A DNA stretch of 64,000 nucleotides from Octopus vulgaris (taxonomy: Eukaryota), in assembly GCA_951406725.2 (NCBI GenBank), contig OX597820.1:80662001-80726000 (forward strand). Direction: 5' to 3'. Below are positions 27,550-40,054 of this stretch, piece by piece. Under the pieces are notes generated by a model. It was not told where the DNA came from, made no database searches, and saw only the letters and a list, made by a program, of their open reading frames with translations. How positions within the stretch are numbered: the stretch's first letter is position 1; every line of letters begins with the position of its first letter. Made by a program: the position numbers and the translations under genes.

Positions 27550-28106
27550 TAAAATAATAATAATTATAATAAAAATAATAGAATAAATGTACGTATCTGA
27601 ACTTATAATAATTAACAAATAAATATAGAAAAATACGGGTTTTAACAATAAATAATCGAATAAAATTTAACAATATTACTTAAAAATAGTATGAGTAGAA
27701 TATATAGAGATACAAGAATCATTGGCTATTTGTAAGTTATATAAATACGAACGAATATGATAAACACTGCCAACATTATAATCTAAAGTGAAAATGAAAT
27801 TTGCAAACAAGTTTTCACTACAAGAGCTTGTTGAGCAAACTTCACTGGCTGGGTCTCCAAGCTAGTCCTGTCTGCATGTTGCATCTCCAGAGGCAATGGG
27901 TCCGCATTAACGGAGATACAACGAAACGCACACAGCTTGAGTTGGTATGCTGAGACCAGCGCACTTCACCTATTCTGTGAAATGGGAGAAGGCAGGGTTG
28001 CCTCCCATTATAAAATGTGGTATGGTAAGGTAGATGGTGTGTTTGAATATATCTACCTATATATATGTATGTGTGTGTACGTGATATATATATATATGTG
28101 TGCATA

Positions 28107-28171
<65 letters not shown>

Positions 28172-28173
<2 letters not shown>

Positions 28174-28374
28174 AGAGTTTACGAAAAAAACAAAAGACGA
28201 AGACAGGTGGTGTACAAAACAAACAGATGTATTAGTATAACGCTCAGGAATAGAAGAAGTCTTTTATGTTTCGAGCCTACGCTCTTCTACAGAAAGGGAC
28301 ACAGAAAAAACAAGGAGAGAAACAAGGAGAGAAAAAAGGAGATAAAAAATGTGTGTAGTGACTAATGATCTATC

Positions 28375-28377
<3 letters not shown>
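28172..28377 (-). mobile_element. ~200-bp non-coding hammerhead-bearing element in (TA)n; motif at 28261-28296
   Basis: Near-identical to 62861-63046 and flanked by TA tracts on both sides. Confidence 0.8.
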
Positions 28378-28421
<44 letters not shown>

Positions 28422-28502
28422 TATATACATATATATATATACATACATATATACATACACACATGCATACATACATACATACATACATAATACATACATA
28501 CA

Positions 28503-28536
<34 letters not shown>

Positions 28537-29995
28537 CATACATACATATACATGCAATTGAGATCAAAGTGTTGTGATATGTCTTTCTCTTTTGTTTTTC
28601 AAAAGCCAAATGTGTAACGTTTAGAATGCCTATAAACCTTTCTGACTGTATATGAAATTTATTCTTCCTTTGATTACAACAATACGAGTGGGAATAGAAT
28701 TAAGTATTAACAGTATATTGTTTTTATTTCTGTGCAAAAATATTTTCTCGTCACCTGATCGATTTAATAAATGTGTCATTGAAATAGATACTTTTGCCAT
28801 TGTTTCGCCTTTTGTGTATGGCTATTGTGTTAAATTAATGAAACAAAACTCACAAAAGCACAGATTCTTCAGTTAGTTGACACACACGAGCACATACATA
28901 AATGCACTGACTAGCTTGATAAAGTATAGTTTGTTCGCTTTTGTCACAAGATCACTTTGTTACTATTTCATAATAAGAACTTTTTAAAAGTAATTTAGCA
29001 TGAAACTAATATTTATCACATTGTACACAACTTTGCATGTATGTTTGTATGCATAGAAAGTGTTTACGTAACAATCTAGTTACTTCCCACGACAAAATTT
29101 GTTTCCAACTAGCTGTCATATGCGTTTCAAATGTTAACACAAAAACTCTTTACTTTCAGTCCAAGAAGAATTACTCTTGAGGGGTCAAAGAAATTTAACC
29201 AGTCACCAAAAATATATATAAGAATAGAAATTTGACAAAAATATTTGGCACAGAAAAAATATTCATAGATAATATTAGACTGAATACAGAAGCGATATAC
29301 AGAAAGAATAAGGAGTGATGTTGTATTACGGTGTGTTCTGTAGTAATTCATAAATTCATTGGTGGCCCATTAATTATCGGCAGGTGTGCGAGGGTGTAAA
29401 TTATAAGATTAAATACAGTCAGTGCAAGTACTATACTTAATTAGAGAGAGTTCCTTGATGTAACGATCCCGTCACAAGCTTTTTATGTATGCTCATAACA
29501 CGCACAGTTGGTCTTTTACAGGTATAGAGTGTGGTAGCATTTACTAAATGCAACAAGCTATTTGCCTTCATATTGTACGACTCTCATCAGGTCAGTGAAA
29601 ACATCTGCAGCTAAGTCCAAGTACGCTCTTAGAGATGATGCAGTAATTGAGAATACATACATAAAACAAAATATACATACATACATACATACATACATAC
29701 ATACATACATACATACATACATACATACATACATACATACATACATGCATACATACATACATATATGCATACATACATACGTACAAAAATATCCTGTTGA
29801 TGTTGAAATTCCAATGACGGAGCCTTGGATCTAGGTTAGAAACCGACTCTTTCTCTATTGGCAAGAAATCTTGAAATAAAACTGAATAATGACATACGTA
29901 CACATATATACATACATACATCATATATAATATATGAGTGTATATGCATGTATGTGTGTGTGTGTGTGTGTGTGTATGTGTGTTTGTGTGTGCGT

Positions 29996-30036
<41 letters not shown>

Positions 30037-31439
30037 TGTGTGTGTGTATACATATAGTCATTCCTGCCCTGAACGTAAGATCATTGTAAAGTAGATCCTA
30101 CGCCGGTATAATGCAATCAGTAAAGCAGCAATCTAGACTCGAGCCATTGAATCGTAATAAGAACCACACGTAGTTTTACAGAATAAAAACAGGAAACAAA
30201 TTATTGAGATTTCAGATATTTTATTACGTTTGTTTTAATAATGAATGATTAAATCAATTAGTAATAATCTCATCGGAAGACGATACCGAAATAGGAAACC
30301 ATTATGTTATTCTCTTTATATATGGTAAGCGAATCATGCTTGAACCATGAAAAAGAAAGAAACTAGTGACACAAGTAATAAGTACATAATCAAACTATGG
30401 CTTAAGGGGTACCTAGTCAATACCCATGGGAATAGATAGAATGGAAATGAGATAAAGCAAGATGAAACGAGGGATCTATTCTGTCTGGCTGTCAATTTTC
30501 AATCTCTTCAATTCCTATTTGATTGATTTCATATTCGATGTAATGATATGATTTTATATGCTAATCACTGCTATGGAATTCATTTTCGCAATAAATAAAG
30601 TTATTATTAAATAAATAAATAAATATAGTTATTAGCTTTTAAAGTTTGAAAATTTTGGGCAATTTTAGCCATTCGTAAGCCACAGGCACATTCATGCCTG
30701 TTCTCATAGTAACAAGCCAAATATAAGAACTCTTTTGTCAACGAGATAGCATGTGTTGACAAATATGTTCTACGCGAAAGCTGTATTTTGCTGTTTGTGC
30801 CCATCTGCTTCCGAGAGATGTTCTAAAAAAAAAGCAACCAAATAGGCATTAAATCACGTACACCTCATTTTTTTTCCTTTTTGGTTATTGCATAATTGTA
30901 TGAATTCCCAAGTGCAGAATAGAAATTCGCAAAAATTTTCTAAAAGTTCAAAGAATAAAAATGTTATGTGGGTATATATGTCGTACGTAGAGCAGAAGTG
31001 GATTTATTTACAGTTTTATATTAAAACATGTCACCCACAAAATGAAAGCTTCCAAATCCTTCTTTCTTAGGTACTGGTATTATACAATCATCTCTCCAGC
31101 TATCTATTGCTCTATTGTAAACTTCCACATATTGCTGAATTCTAGTATTCAGACTTGTGCTCGAATGCCGTCAAACCGCAGGCTTAACTATCCAGAGTTG
31201 ATTTAAGGGCATCTTTTAGAACCATTCTTTATGTCGAATTCTATAGTATAAACAACCTTCTCGGGGTAAACAGAGAAGAGGTAGCCGAGCAAAAACCTAT
31301 TTCAACCGATTGCTAGAAGACACTGGATGCACTGTCCAAGAGCCTAAAAATGCTATGGATAACAAAGCGGACCAGCAGACTCGTGTCAGGAATGCTGAAA
31401 TGTTGTCAAACCACTACTTACTAACTGATTGACTAACCA

Positions 31440-31440
<1 letters not shown>

Positions 31441-31531
<91 letters not shown>
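31441..31531. repeat. (ATCT)n microsatellite; another lies at 32182-32283
   Basis: Direct. Confidence 0.97.
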
Positions 31532-31532
<1 letters not shown>

Positions 31533-32181
31533 GCCTGCCCGTCTGTCTTTATGTGTGCGTGTATATATATATGCAAGAGTGTATGTGTGCGTGTGAGTGT
31601 GTTTAGTTTACATATATTTTCTTTCCATCATCTTTGACGAGAGTTTATTTAATGTTTCATTCGATATGAACTTGTGATCACTTTATACTCGCTAATTGAG
31701 GCAAAATGATATTGTTTTGCCTTTATCGTAATTATCTTGTATACATGGGAGTCATTTTAAGTGCCTAGCAGTCTCTTATCCACTAACAGTGGCGAATGGA
31801 AAGTATTTATTACAATAAATGTCATATTTAAATATCTCATTTGGAAAGTGCGTTGATTGGTTGAATATTAAATTAGATCCATTCTTTCAATTAATGTGTT
31901 TGCAAATGCCTCCTACTAAGATATCTTTCAGCCGATAAGTGCGTTGATTGGCTAAATATTGAATTTATTCTATCCCTTCAAGTTGTTTGTTGTAAACGCA
32001 TTCTAAAAATTTTCTTGGGATGTTGTGACAAATTTCTCGTAGACAGAATTGTGTTTTGATTCTTCAAACATGTCTGACGAAGTAATCTAGCGGTTTTGTT
32101 CTACTATTTAACATATTAAACAAACAACCATTCTCATGGCAACGCACATCTCGTAATTGAAAATTCGACGTAATTCTAATT

Positions 32182-32282
<101 letters not shown>

Positions 32283-32389
32283 ATACATATATAATGCACT
32301 GATCGGAGATAGAAAATTCAACAAGAAAAGTAGTCCATCTGTTGAGAGATAAATATTATTTATTTAAAAGTCACAATACATGTATTAAA

Positions 32390-32443
32390 GCGCTACTAAT
32401 AGTTTCATATGTTGAGAAATACTCAAGCATGTTCTTCAGACGC
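32390..32443 (-). ncRNA. Type I hammerhead ribozyme motif in a PLE pLTR
   Basis: GCGT-CTGAAGA-ACATGCTTGAG-TATTT-CTCAACATAT-GAAA-CTATTAG-TA-GCGC. Confidence 0.75.
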
Positions 32444-32589
32444 AAACCACATATAATAAAAGAAATTGAATAATAGAAGAAACGCGAAAAAACTGGGAAG
32501 GCAGCATATAGAAAATATATACTTGTTATTACACTTCTAATCATCCAAATATGAAACATTTTGTTGCACAATACGTCTCCATCTTTCCT

Positions 32590-33022
32590 TTAACTTGAAA
32601 ATAACCAGAACTGAGGTGGTTTCATGGCAAAGAATTCATCAAGGTATCTTTTTACGTCATCCAAGAAATTGAAGTTTTTACCATTAAGACTATTCTGCAG
32701 AGACCTGAATAAATGGAAATCCGAAGGAGCAATATCTGGTGAATATGAAGGGTGGTGTAACACAGCCCAGCCGAACTGCAGCAATTTTTGTCTGGTTCCC
32801 AAAGCATCAAGTGCCGAAAAGGAACTTTCTTATCTTCCATTTGAAAGGGTTACAGAATTAACACAGGTTATAGGAACATAAACCTCCTTCCACGAAAAGA
32901 TAGCTTAAACTACGCTAAAAATGGAGGTGTAATCAAATCCTATTTTATGGACTCAACCGTGCTCTAAAATAAGTCGAAAGGCAAGCTACTATAAATCGGC
33001 ACGAACTTTCCGGACAACCCAA
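32590..33022 (-). mobile_element. Internally deleted mariner fragment
   Basis: 5' TIR TTGGGTTGTCCGGAAAGTTCGTGC next to TA (33023-33024). MEDKKVPFRHLMLWE is fused to GWAVLHHPSYSPDIAPSDFHLFRSLQN. Confidence 0.88.
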
Positions 33023-33167
33023 TAAAAAGTAAAAAGCTATCCCCTTAGACCTTAAATAATAAGGCTAGAAAGATAACAAGTAAGTCAGGAATTGGTGGAA
33101 TTTTTCAGTTCTTCAAAATATATTGATACATATACATGCAACCACTGAAAATTGCTGACTTAGAGTT

Positions 33168-33345
33168 CTATAGAGAGTTAGGGATCTTAGATCTGAACAG
33201 GATCTGCGCTCTTTCAGCCAAACGAAGTCTACATTTATTCCGTTTAATCACATGCGGTGTTTCGTTATCTTTCAAAGTCCATACATAGCTAGTTAACTTA
33301 GTAGCTTTACTTTTGTTCCTGTGTCGGAAGAAGGCTATGTGATTG
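33168..33345 (-). pseudogene. Penelope-like GIY-YIG endonuclease C-terminal remnant
   Basis: NHIAFFRH..KATKLTSYVWTLK..IK..KCRLRLAERAQILF fits the PLE endonuclease pattern NH..SF..T.LS.Y.W.LK..C.LCL.E..I. Confidence 0.7.
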
Positions 33346-33897
33346 GCATCCTGGGTCACGACAGTTGCAACTGGATTCAAGGTTTTGGTATTAACCACGT
33401 GTAATGATATTCTTCACATTGGGACAGCAGCTATATAATAATTTCACAGAAGGCCTATTTAGATATTTTTTCTGTATCTGTGAGTGGCTGGAAATTGTTT
33501 GTCTAGGAGTGACAGGAATCTTTTACTAATGTTAGTTTTCATTTTAAGGGAAAAGGAAAAGGAGACGTCTGTAATCTTGTAATCCCTAACTCTCTATTGA
33601 ACTCCAGGTCAGAGATTTTCAGTGGTTGCACGCATATGTTTAAATATATTTTGAATAATTAAAAAAATCAGCCTATTCCTGACTGACTTGATAGTTTTCC
33701 AGCCTTATCACTTAAGGTCTAAGGAGGATAGGTCTTTTAGCATTTGCTTTTCATTTTTGACATTTTAGTTTCTTTTTCTTGTTTTCCCTTTGTCGTTTTC
33801 TCTTGTTTACTGTCTGCGTTTTCTATATGCTGCCTTCTAAATTTTTTCGTGTTTCTTCTATTATCCATTTTCTTTAGTTCGTTATGATGTGTGATTT

Positions 33898-33950
33898 GCG
33901 CCTGAAGAATATGTTTGAGTTTTCTCAACATATGAAAGTATTAGTAGCGC
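33898..33950 (+). ncRNA. Type I hammerhead ribozyme motif (inverted partner of 32390-32443)
   Basis: GCGC-CTGAAGA-ATATGTTTGAG-TTTT-CTCAACATAT-GAAA-GTATTAG-TA-GCGC. Confidence 0.75.
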
Positions 33951-34068
33951 TTGTATTGTGACCTTTAAATAAATAAATTATATATATATATATATATATA
34001 AATAGATGAGTGTATTTTACCTTGTTAACAATTAACACGGAAAAATAAATAAATAGTTACCAGGGCAG

Positions 34069-34099
<31 letters not shown>

Positions 34100-34189
34100 C
34101 ATACATACATACATACATACATACATACATACATACATACATACATACATACATACATACATACTCGTATATATAAAGCTGTCACATTC

Positions 34190-35361
34190 TTTTCAAAACT
34201 CCGAGTGGGGTATTTACATAAAATGTCGAACAACAGGGAATGTTTTTAATCTGACCAGACCGAAATTCAAAACAAAGGTTTTTACTTCACTCATTAAAAA
34301 ACTCTTATACGCTGATAACTGCGATTTAGATGATTTTGGCTTGACCATCAACTTGAAAAAGAAAAAAAAACCAGTTGTAATGCTTCAACCTGCCCGTGGT
34401 GTTGTTTGCAGCCTCCCTAAAAATTTTCGCTAAGAGTAATTTACGTGAGGTCATTGATTCTTTCATTTACCTTGGAAGCTCTGTACAAAACGATGGAAAT
34501 CTGAACATAGAAATACATCTGCGAATTCAAAGGGCAACACAAGCATTTGATAGTTTGTAGTCACGCGTTTGGTACTAACGACATATAAATAACAACACAA
34601 AATGGCTCTTTACAAATCGTTGTATGGACGTGGTATGAAAGACATTTCAAATTGCTAGAATGATTCCACCAATAATGCCTTCGCCGTATTTTAAACATAA
34701 AATTGCTTTTTTTTTTTTTTTACTCCAGACACAGATGTCTTTGCCTCTGCAGGTATTACTTAAATTAAATCAGTGATTCTGAAAAATCAAACGAGATGGT
34801 CTGGCCATATTGTTCGAATGGTGGATGAAAGCTGACCCAAACAGCTGTCATATGGCGAGCTTTCAGGGGAGAAACGAAATCAGTGTAACCCTAAAAAGAG
34901 GTTTAAGGAAAGCATAAGGAATACTATGAAGTCACTTAGAATGGATCCAAAGGCAAGAGAGGCCCTTGCTTCGGATCAAGCTGGATAGCGAACAAAAGTG
35001 TGGAGTAGAGTGAAATCGTTTGAGGAGGCCAGAGTATTACATGCAAGACTCAAGAGAGATTTAAAGGAGAATGTTGCGATCGAGAAGGTGAATCACGATG
35101 ACCTTTGTGTGTGCAGTCTGTGACAGACCATGCCTTTCTTTTGCTGGGCTCAAATCTCATTTGAAGATCCATGAAAAACGAACCTCCACCAACTATTCTG
35201 CCTATATATCTATGCACGCCTTTCAATGCTGTGTATGCCATAAAGTCACCAAATCTAACGGAGGCCTCAAAAGACATTTTAAGATACAAAAAGATCAGAC
35301 TTTAACTGCAACGTTTGGTGGTTCAAATCGGTTATGCAATCTATGTGGGTGTCTGGCTTAG
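34190..35361 (+). mobile_element. RTE (BovB-like) LINE 3' remnant ending in C2H2 fingers
   Basis: KLLYADN, FGLTINLKK, FIYLGS, RWSGHIVRM..PKQLSYGEL and PKKRFKE, followed by CAVC..HLKIH and CCVC..HFKI. Confidence 0.85.
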
Positions 35362-35823
35362 CTTGCAAGATTGTACTTACTATACGTCATTCTGTCTGAC
35401 CTAACATAGCTGCAAGATCGTTATGTGACCCATTATGATATTATTATTCAGCCACATACAATTTTTTCTCACTTCAGAGCTATTTTTAGCTTCCATTCTA
35501 AAATGTCACGTAAAGAAATAAGAAACACAAACTAACAAAGAAACAATATTCTTTATCTTTTTTTCCCATGTTTAAGATTTTACACTTCAGCTCTTTAAAC
35601 ATATTTTTTCACGCATGTACACAAGCAGTTGTCACGTGCATTCATATATATGTTGCAGGTATTGTTCAACATCAGGTCAGTTCTGAAACACCAAACATAT
35701 CATCAAAGTGGTTCCGACCATACCCCTCCCGCCTCTTATTCAGACACTGTCTGCCTAGGACTGGATGTGAGCAAATATAAAGATGAGCGCAGATATGATA
35801 TTGTTTACATTCTCCATATACAG

Positions 35824-35873
<50 letters not shown>

Positions 35874-36305
35874 CCTCAGTTAGAGGCAAATAAGAGCAAA
35901 TCCCTAATTGGCGGATTTGATCTTTCATCCGGGTTGTTGAAATATCTGTGGTTTAACCATCTGGTCTACGTTTATGTCGTGGCTAAATATTAAACATTTT
36001 GTTATAAGTATAAAATCTTAGAGTCGCTTTTAAGGTTAAACAGTAATTCCGTTTTCGTTTGTGTAAATGATATATTTTGGTTGGATTATAAAGTTATTGG
36101 TGTTACATTACTTTCTATATTCTGTAACTGTCACAATATACTTTTCTAGGCCTGAATTTTTTGTGGGGAGGGACAGTTGAGTAGATCGACCCCAGTACAC
36201 AACTGATACTTAATTTATCGATTCCGAATAGGCGAAAGGCAAGGTGTTATGCCATTTAAAAACACACAAAAGCTGTTAGATTCACTTCAACATTTAAATT
36301 TAATT

Positions 36306-36352
36306 TGCCAAAATATTTTCGTCACTTTGTAACGGCAACCTGATCACTGACA
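36306..36352 (-). ncRNA. Minimal hammerhead with G3-C8 core swap (copy 1)
   Basis: TGTCA-GTGATCA-G-GTTGC-CGTTACAAA-GTGAC-GAAA-ATAT-TT-TGGCA. Confidence 0.65.
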
Positions 36353-36396
36353 AAATTCCGTGCTGCATCTGAGAAAGTAACAGTTAGTTCATGATA

Positions 36397-36408
36397 TGTA
36401 TGTACGTA

Positions 36409-36455
<47 letters not shown>

Positions 36456-36660
36456 ATGCATGTATGTATGCATGTATGTATGTATGTATGTATGCATGCA
36501 TGTATGTATGCATGTATGTATGTATGTATGTATGTATGCATGTATGCATGTATGTATGTATGTATGCATGTATGTATGTATGTATGTATGTATGTATGTA
36601 TGTATGTATGTATGTATGTATGTATGTATGTATGTATGTATGTATGTATGTATGTATGTG
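36397..36660. repeat. (TG)n/(TATG)n compound microsatellite
   Basis: Direct. Confidence 0.97.
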
Positions 36661-37861
36661 TACATACTTACATACGTACATAGATACATACAGACTCGTT
36701 TGAAAATTAAGTTATTCAGAGTCGCAATTCAGTTGTTAAATAAGCAGTAAAAGCTTATATTAGTTATATGAGTGAACTTTCTTTTTAGTACATATAATAA
36801 TATCCACACCTATATAGCAAATATTCTCAAGACGTTAATTATCCGAGAAAAGGTTTGGTCACATAGACTGTTACTATTCTGTCTTTTTTTTTGTTCTCCA
36901 CCAAGCATGTTTGTATAAGTTCATGTAGGACATGTACACACACACACACACACACGTGTGTGTGTGTGTCTACATCACATTTCTTAGCATCTAAATTCCT
37001 TACTGCCAATGTAATCCGCGTATTTTAATTTTAGTGGTGCTACAACGCAGACAGAAAAGGAAGAAAGCTATTAATCCAAAATCAAATTACATTCAAACAT
37101 GGAACTGAAGCTGGATGCTGAAATTTAGTATCGAGCTATAAACGTCAGTTCTGTTTGCTGTACTTTTACGTTTAATTTACCAACATGACCTCTTTTCTAT
37201 ATTACTGAATGTTTTTTGGCGACAAACACCAGACAGCGATATTTCGAGCTCATAAAATCTCGAGCGGAACATTTTAAATTAAATATGAATAGTCGGAGAA
37301 ACAATTAGTTACGTTGTTTCCAGTTTGTAATTTTAAAACGATTTCCACCTAACTTGGGTAACTATAATGAACGCCACGTAGATTTTCTTGTCCACTCACC
37401 AACATGATTCGAGACCACTTGAATATAATGTGCCGAGTTCAAGTTGACAACTTCGACATTAATTGAAAATAACGAAAAATTTATGGACAACAATGACTGA
37501 GTGCTTGCATTTGTGCATATGGTTAAAATTTTGTCGACAATCTCATAATCTGGAATGTTGTGACGTGGGACCTACTTTTTGTTTTCTTTACTTATTCCCT
37601 TCTATATTAACGTAGAGAGAGAGAGATAGAGTGAGTGAACTGGGGGTGCGTCGAGAGAACAAGATTATGCGTGTATGCGTGCGTGCTAGTAGAGCTTTTT
37701 CGATAAGAAATATTTCAGAATGCTATTATTTAGTGATATGGATGTAGTAAGAGAAGGTGATATGAGAAAGTTGTCTAGCGGTTGAAAGGGGTACAGTGGA
37801 AAAGTGATACCATCTATGAAGAAATATTACGAACATAAAACTATATATACATTTATATATA

Positions 37862-38201
37862 CTACGGCACTCCGTCGGTTGCGACGACGATGGTTCCAGT
37901 TGATCCAATTAACGGAGCAGCCTGCTCGTGAAATTAACGTGCAAGTGACTCAGCTCTCCACATACACGTGTACCTTTAACGTGGTTCTCGGTGGGGGGGG
38001 GGACGGGAGATTCAGCATGACACAGAGTGTGACAAGACTGGCCCTTTGAAATACAGATGCAACAGAAACAAGAAAGAGTACAGCAGAGTTGCCCCCCCCC
38101 ACCTTAGCTCAATAAACACTCACAACGCCCGGTCTGGGAATCGAAACCGCCATCCTATGACTGCGAGTCCGCTGTCCTAACCACTGGGCCATTGCACCTC
38201 C
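37862..38201 (-). mobile_element. tRNA-derived SINE (family C head, different tail)
   Basis: Minus strand reads GGAGGTGCAATGGCCCAGTGGTTAGG..GTTTCGATTCCCAGACCGGGC. Confidence 0.8.
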
Positions 38202-38207
38202 ATATAA

Positions 38208-38282
<75 letters not shown>

Positions 38283-38283
<1 letters not shown>

Positions 38284-38750
38284 TCCTTCTTTCTTCAAAT
38301 TTTCTTCCGTTTCTCGCCGAGTGTTTTCCATACACCTAGGGTAGAGAATGGCATTGTATGCATTCCCAGATTACACGCGCAAATTCACAGATAAAATATG
38401 TATTTAAAAATTAATAAATAAATAAATTCATGGATGGATATTATTTTCACAGCGATAATGCTCTTCTCAGTACATGAGCCGTTCCAGTTAATACGATTTT
38501 TTGCACTTCCTGTAGGGATGGTGAGCCTGGAATCATTTTCAAATAGGCTTCAGTACCTTTTTTTTTATCATTCCTAGAGATCCTACAATCACTGGTACTG
38601 TAGTTGCCTTGAGATGCCACATTTTTTTCAATTTCTAGTAGCAGGTCTTTATATTTACTAATCTTGTCAAATTCTTTCGCCGCTATATTGTGATCACAGG
38701 CATACTCATGTCTATTAATAAACACTTCCTTTTTGTCTATTAATAGACAT
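38283..38750 (-). mobile_element. 5'-truncated R4/Dong-like element inserted in (TAA)n
   Basis: ACDHNIAAKEFDKISKYKDL..LQEVQKIVLTGTAHVLRRALSL (REL endonuclease end), with TAA tracts on both sides (38208-38282, 38763-38810). Confidence 0.85.
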
Positions 38751-38760
38751 GATTAATAAA

Positions 38761-38813
<53 letters not shown>

Positions 38814-39273
38814 CATTAACATCAGGTCACACATTTTGGATTGGAGTGAAATCAAGTGTGTTATCGATTGGACATCTCAGAATATAAGCATAATAATATT
38901 GATTTCAATATCTGGCAGGCTTATTCTTGATTAAATCAAACCCTATAAATACTACATTCATTTTCACCGATGGTCTAAGAACTCTTCCTATTTGCCATCT
39001 GAAAGAAGTTTGTGCAATATTTTAAAAAATATAATCTGAACGGCAACTGAGTATTTTAGCAAAAGTGTATGAACGTTCTGCATAGTTCAAAGATAGCTGG
39101 GTTTCTTGTTCAATTCTGTTGCTTTTGTCCTAAATAGTACCGAATTCTCCCTTAATGACTGCATGAATGATGTTAAAGATGTTTGTTTTCGTAAAAGAAA
39201 CTTACATGAGGTCATTCCCACATAGGCTTTAGAGTTGCTTTTACTGATTTACCCTACGCTGATGGACTATACC

Positions 39274-40054
39274 TATTTCTTTACTACCCACAAGGGGCTA
39301 AACACAGAGAGGACAAACAAGGACAGACAAACGGATTAAGTCGATTACATCGACTCAGTGCGAAACTGGTGCTTTAGTTATCGACCACGAAAGGATGAAA
39401 GGGAAAGTTGACCTCGGCGGAATTTGAACTCAGAACGTAGCGGCGGGCGAAATACCTATTTCTTTACTACCCACAAGGGGCTAAACACAGAGAGGACAAA
39501 CAAGGACAGACAGGCGCATTAAGTCGATTATATTGACCCCAGTGCATAACTGGTACTTATTTAATCGACCCCGAAAGGATGAAAGGCAAAGTCGACCCCG
39601 GCGGAATTCGAACTCAGAACGCAGCGGCAGACGAAATACCTATTTCTTTATTACCTCAAGGGGCTAAACATAGAGGGGACAAACAAGGACAGACATAGGT
39701 ATTAAGTCGATTACATCGACCCCAGTGGTAACTGGTACTTAATTTATCGACCCCGAAAAGATGAAAGGCAAAGTCGACCTCGGCGGAATTTGAACTCACA
39801 ACGTAACGCAGACGAAATACCTATTTCTTTATTACCCACAAGGGGCTAAACATAGAGGGGACAAACAAGGACAGACATAGGTATTAAGTCGATTATATCG
39901 ACCCCAGTGCGTAACTGGTACTTAATTTATCGACCCCGAAAGGATGAAAGGCAAAGTCGACCCCGGCGGAATTTGAACTCAGAACGTAGCGGCAGACGAA
40001 GTACCGTTAAGCATTTCGCCCGGCGTGCTAACGATTCTGCCAGTTCGCCGCCTT
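39274..40054 (-). mobile_element. Tetrameric family B SINE within one TSD
   Basis: Four ~182-bp bodies starting at about 39269, 39452, 39637 and 39817, plus one head. TSD CTGATGGACTATACC at 39259-39273 and 40055-40069. Confidence 0.9.

Noticed and set aside
27842-28030. GC-richer segment resembling a LINE 5' UTR with a possible HDV-like ribozyme
   Set aside because: I could not build the nested double pseudoknot by eye.
39269-40053. Regular repeat array resembling CRISPR or satellite DNA
   Set aside because: The units are whole SINE bodies with no unique spacers, and the context is eukaryotic.
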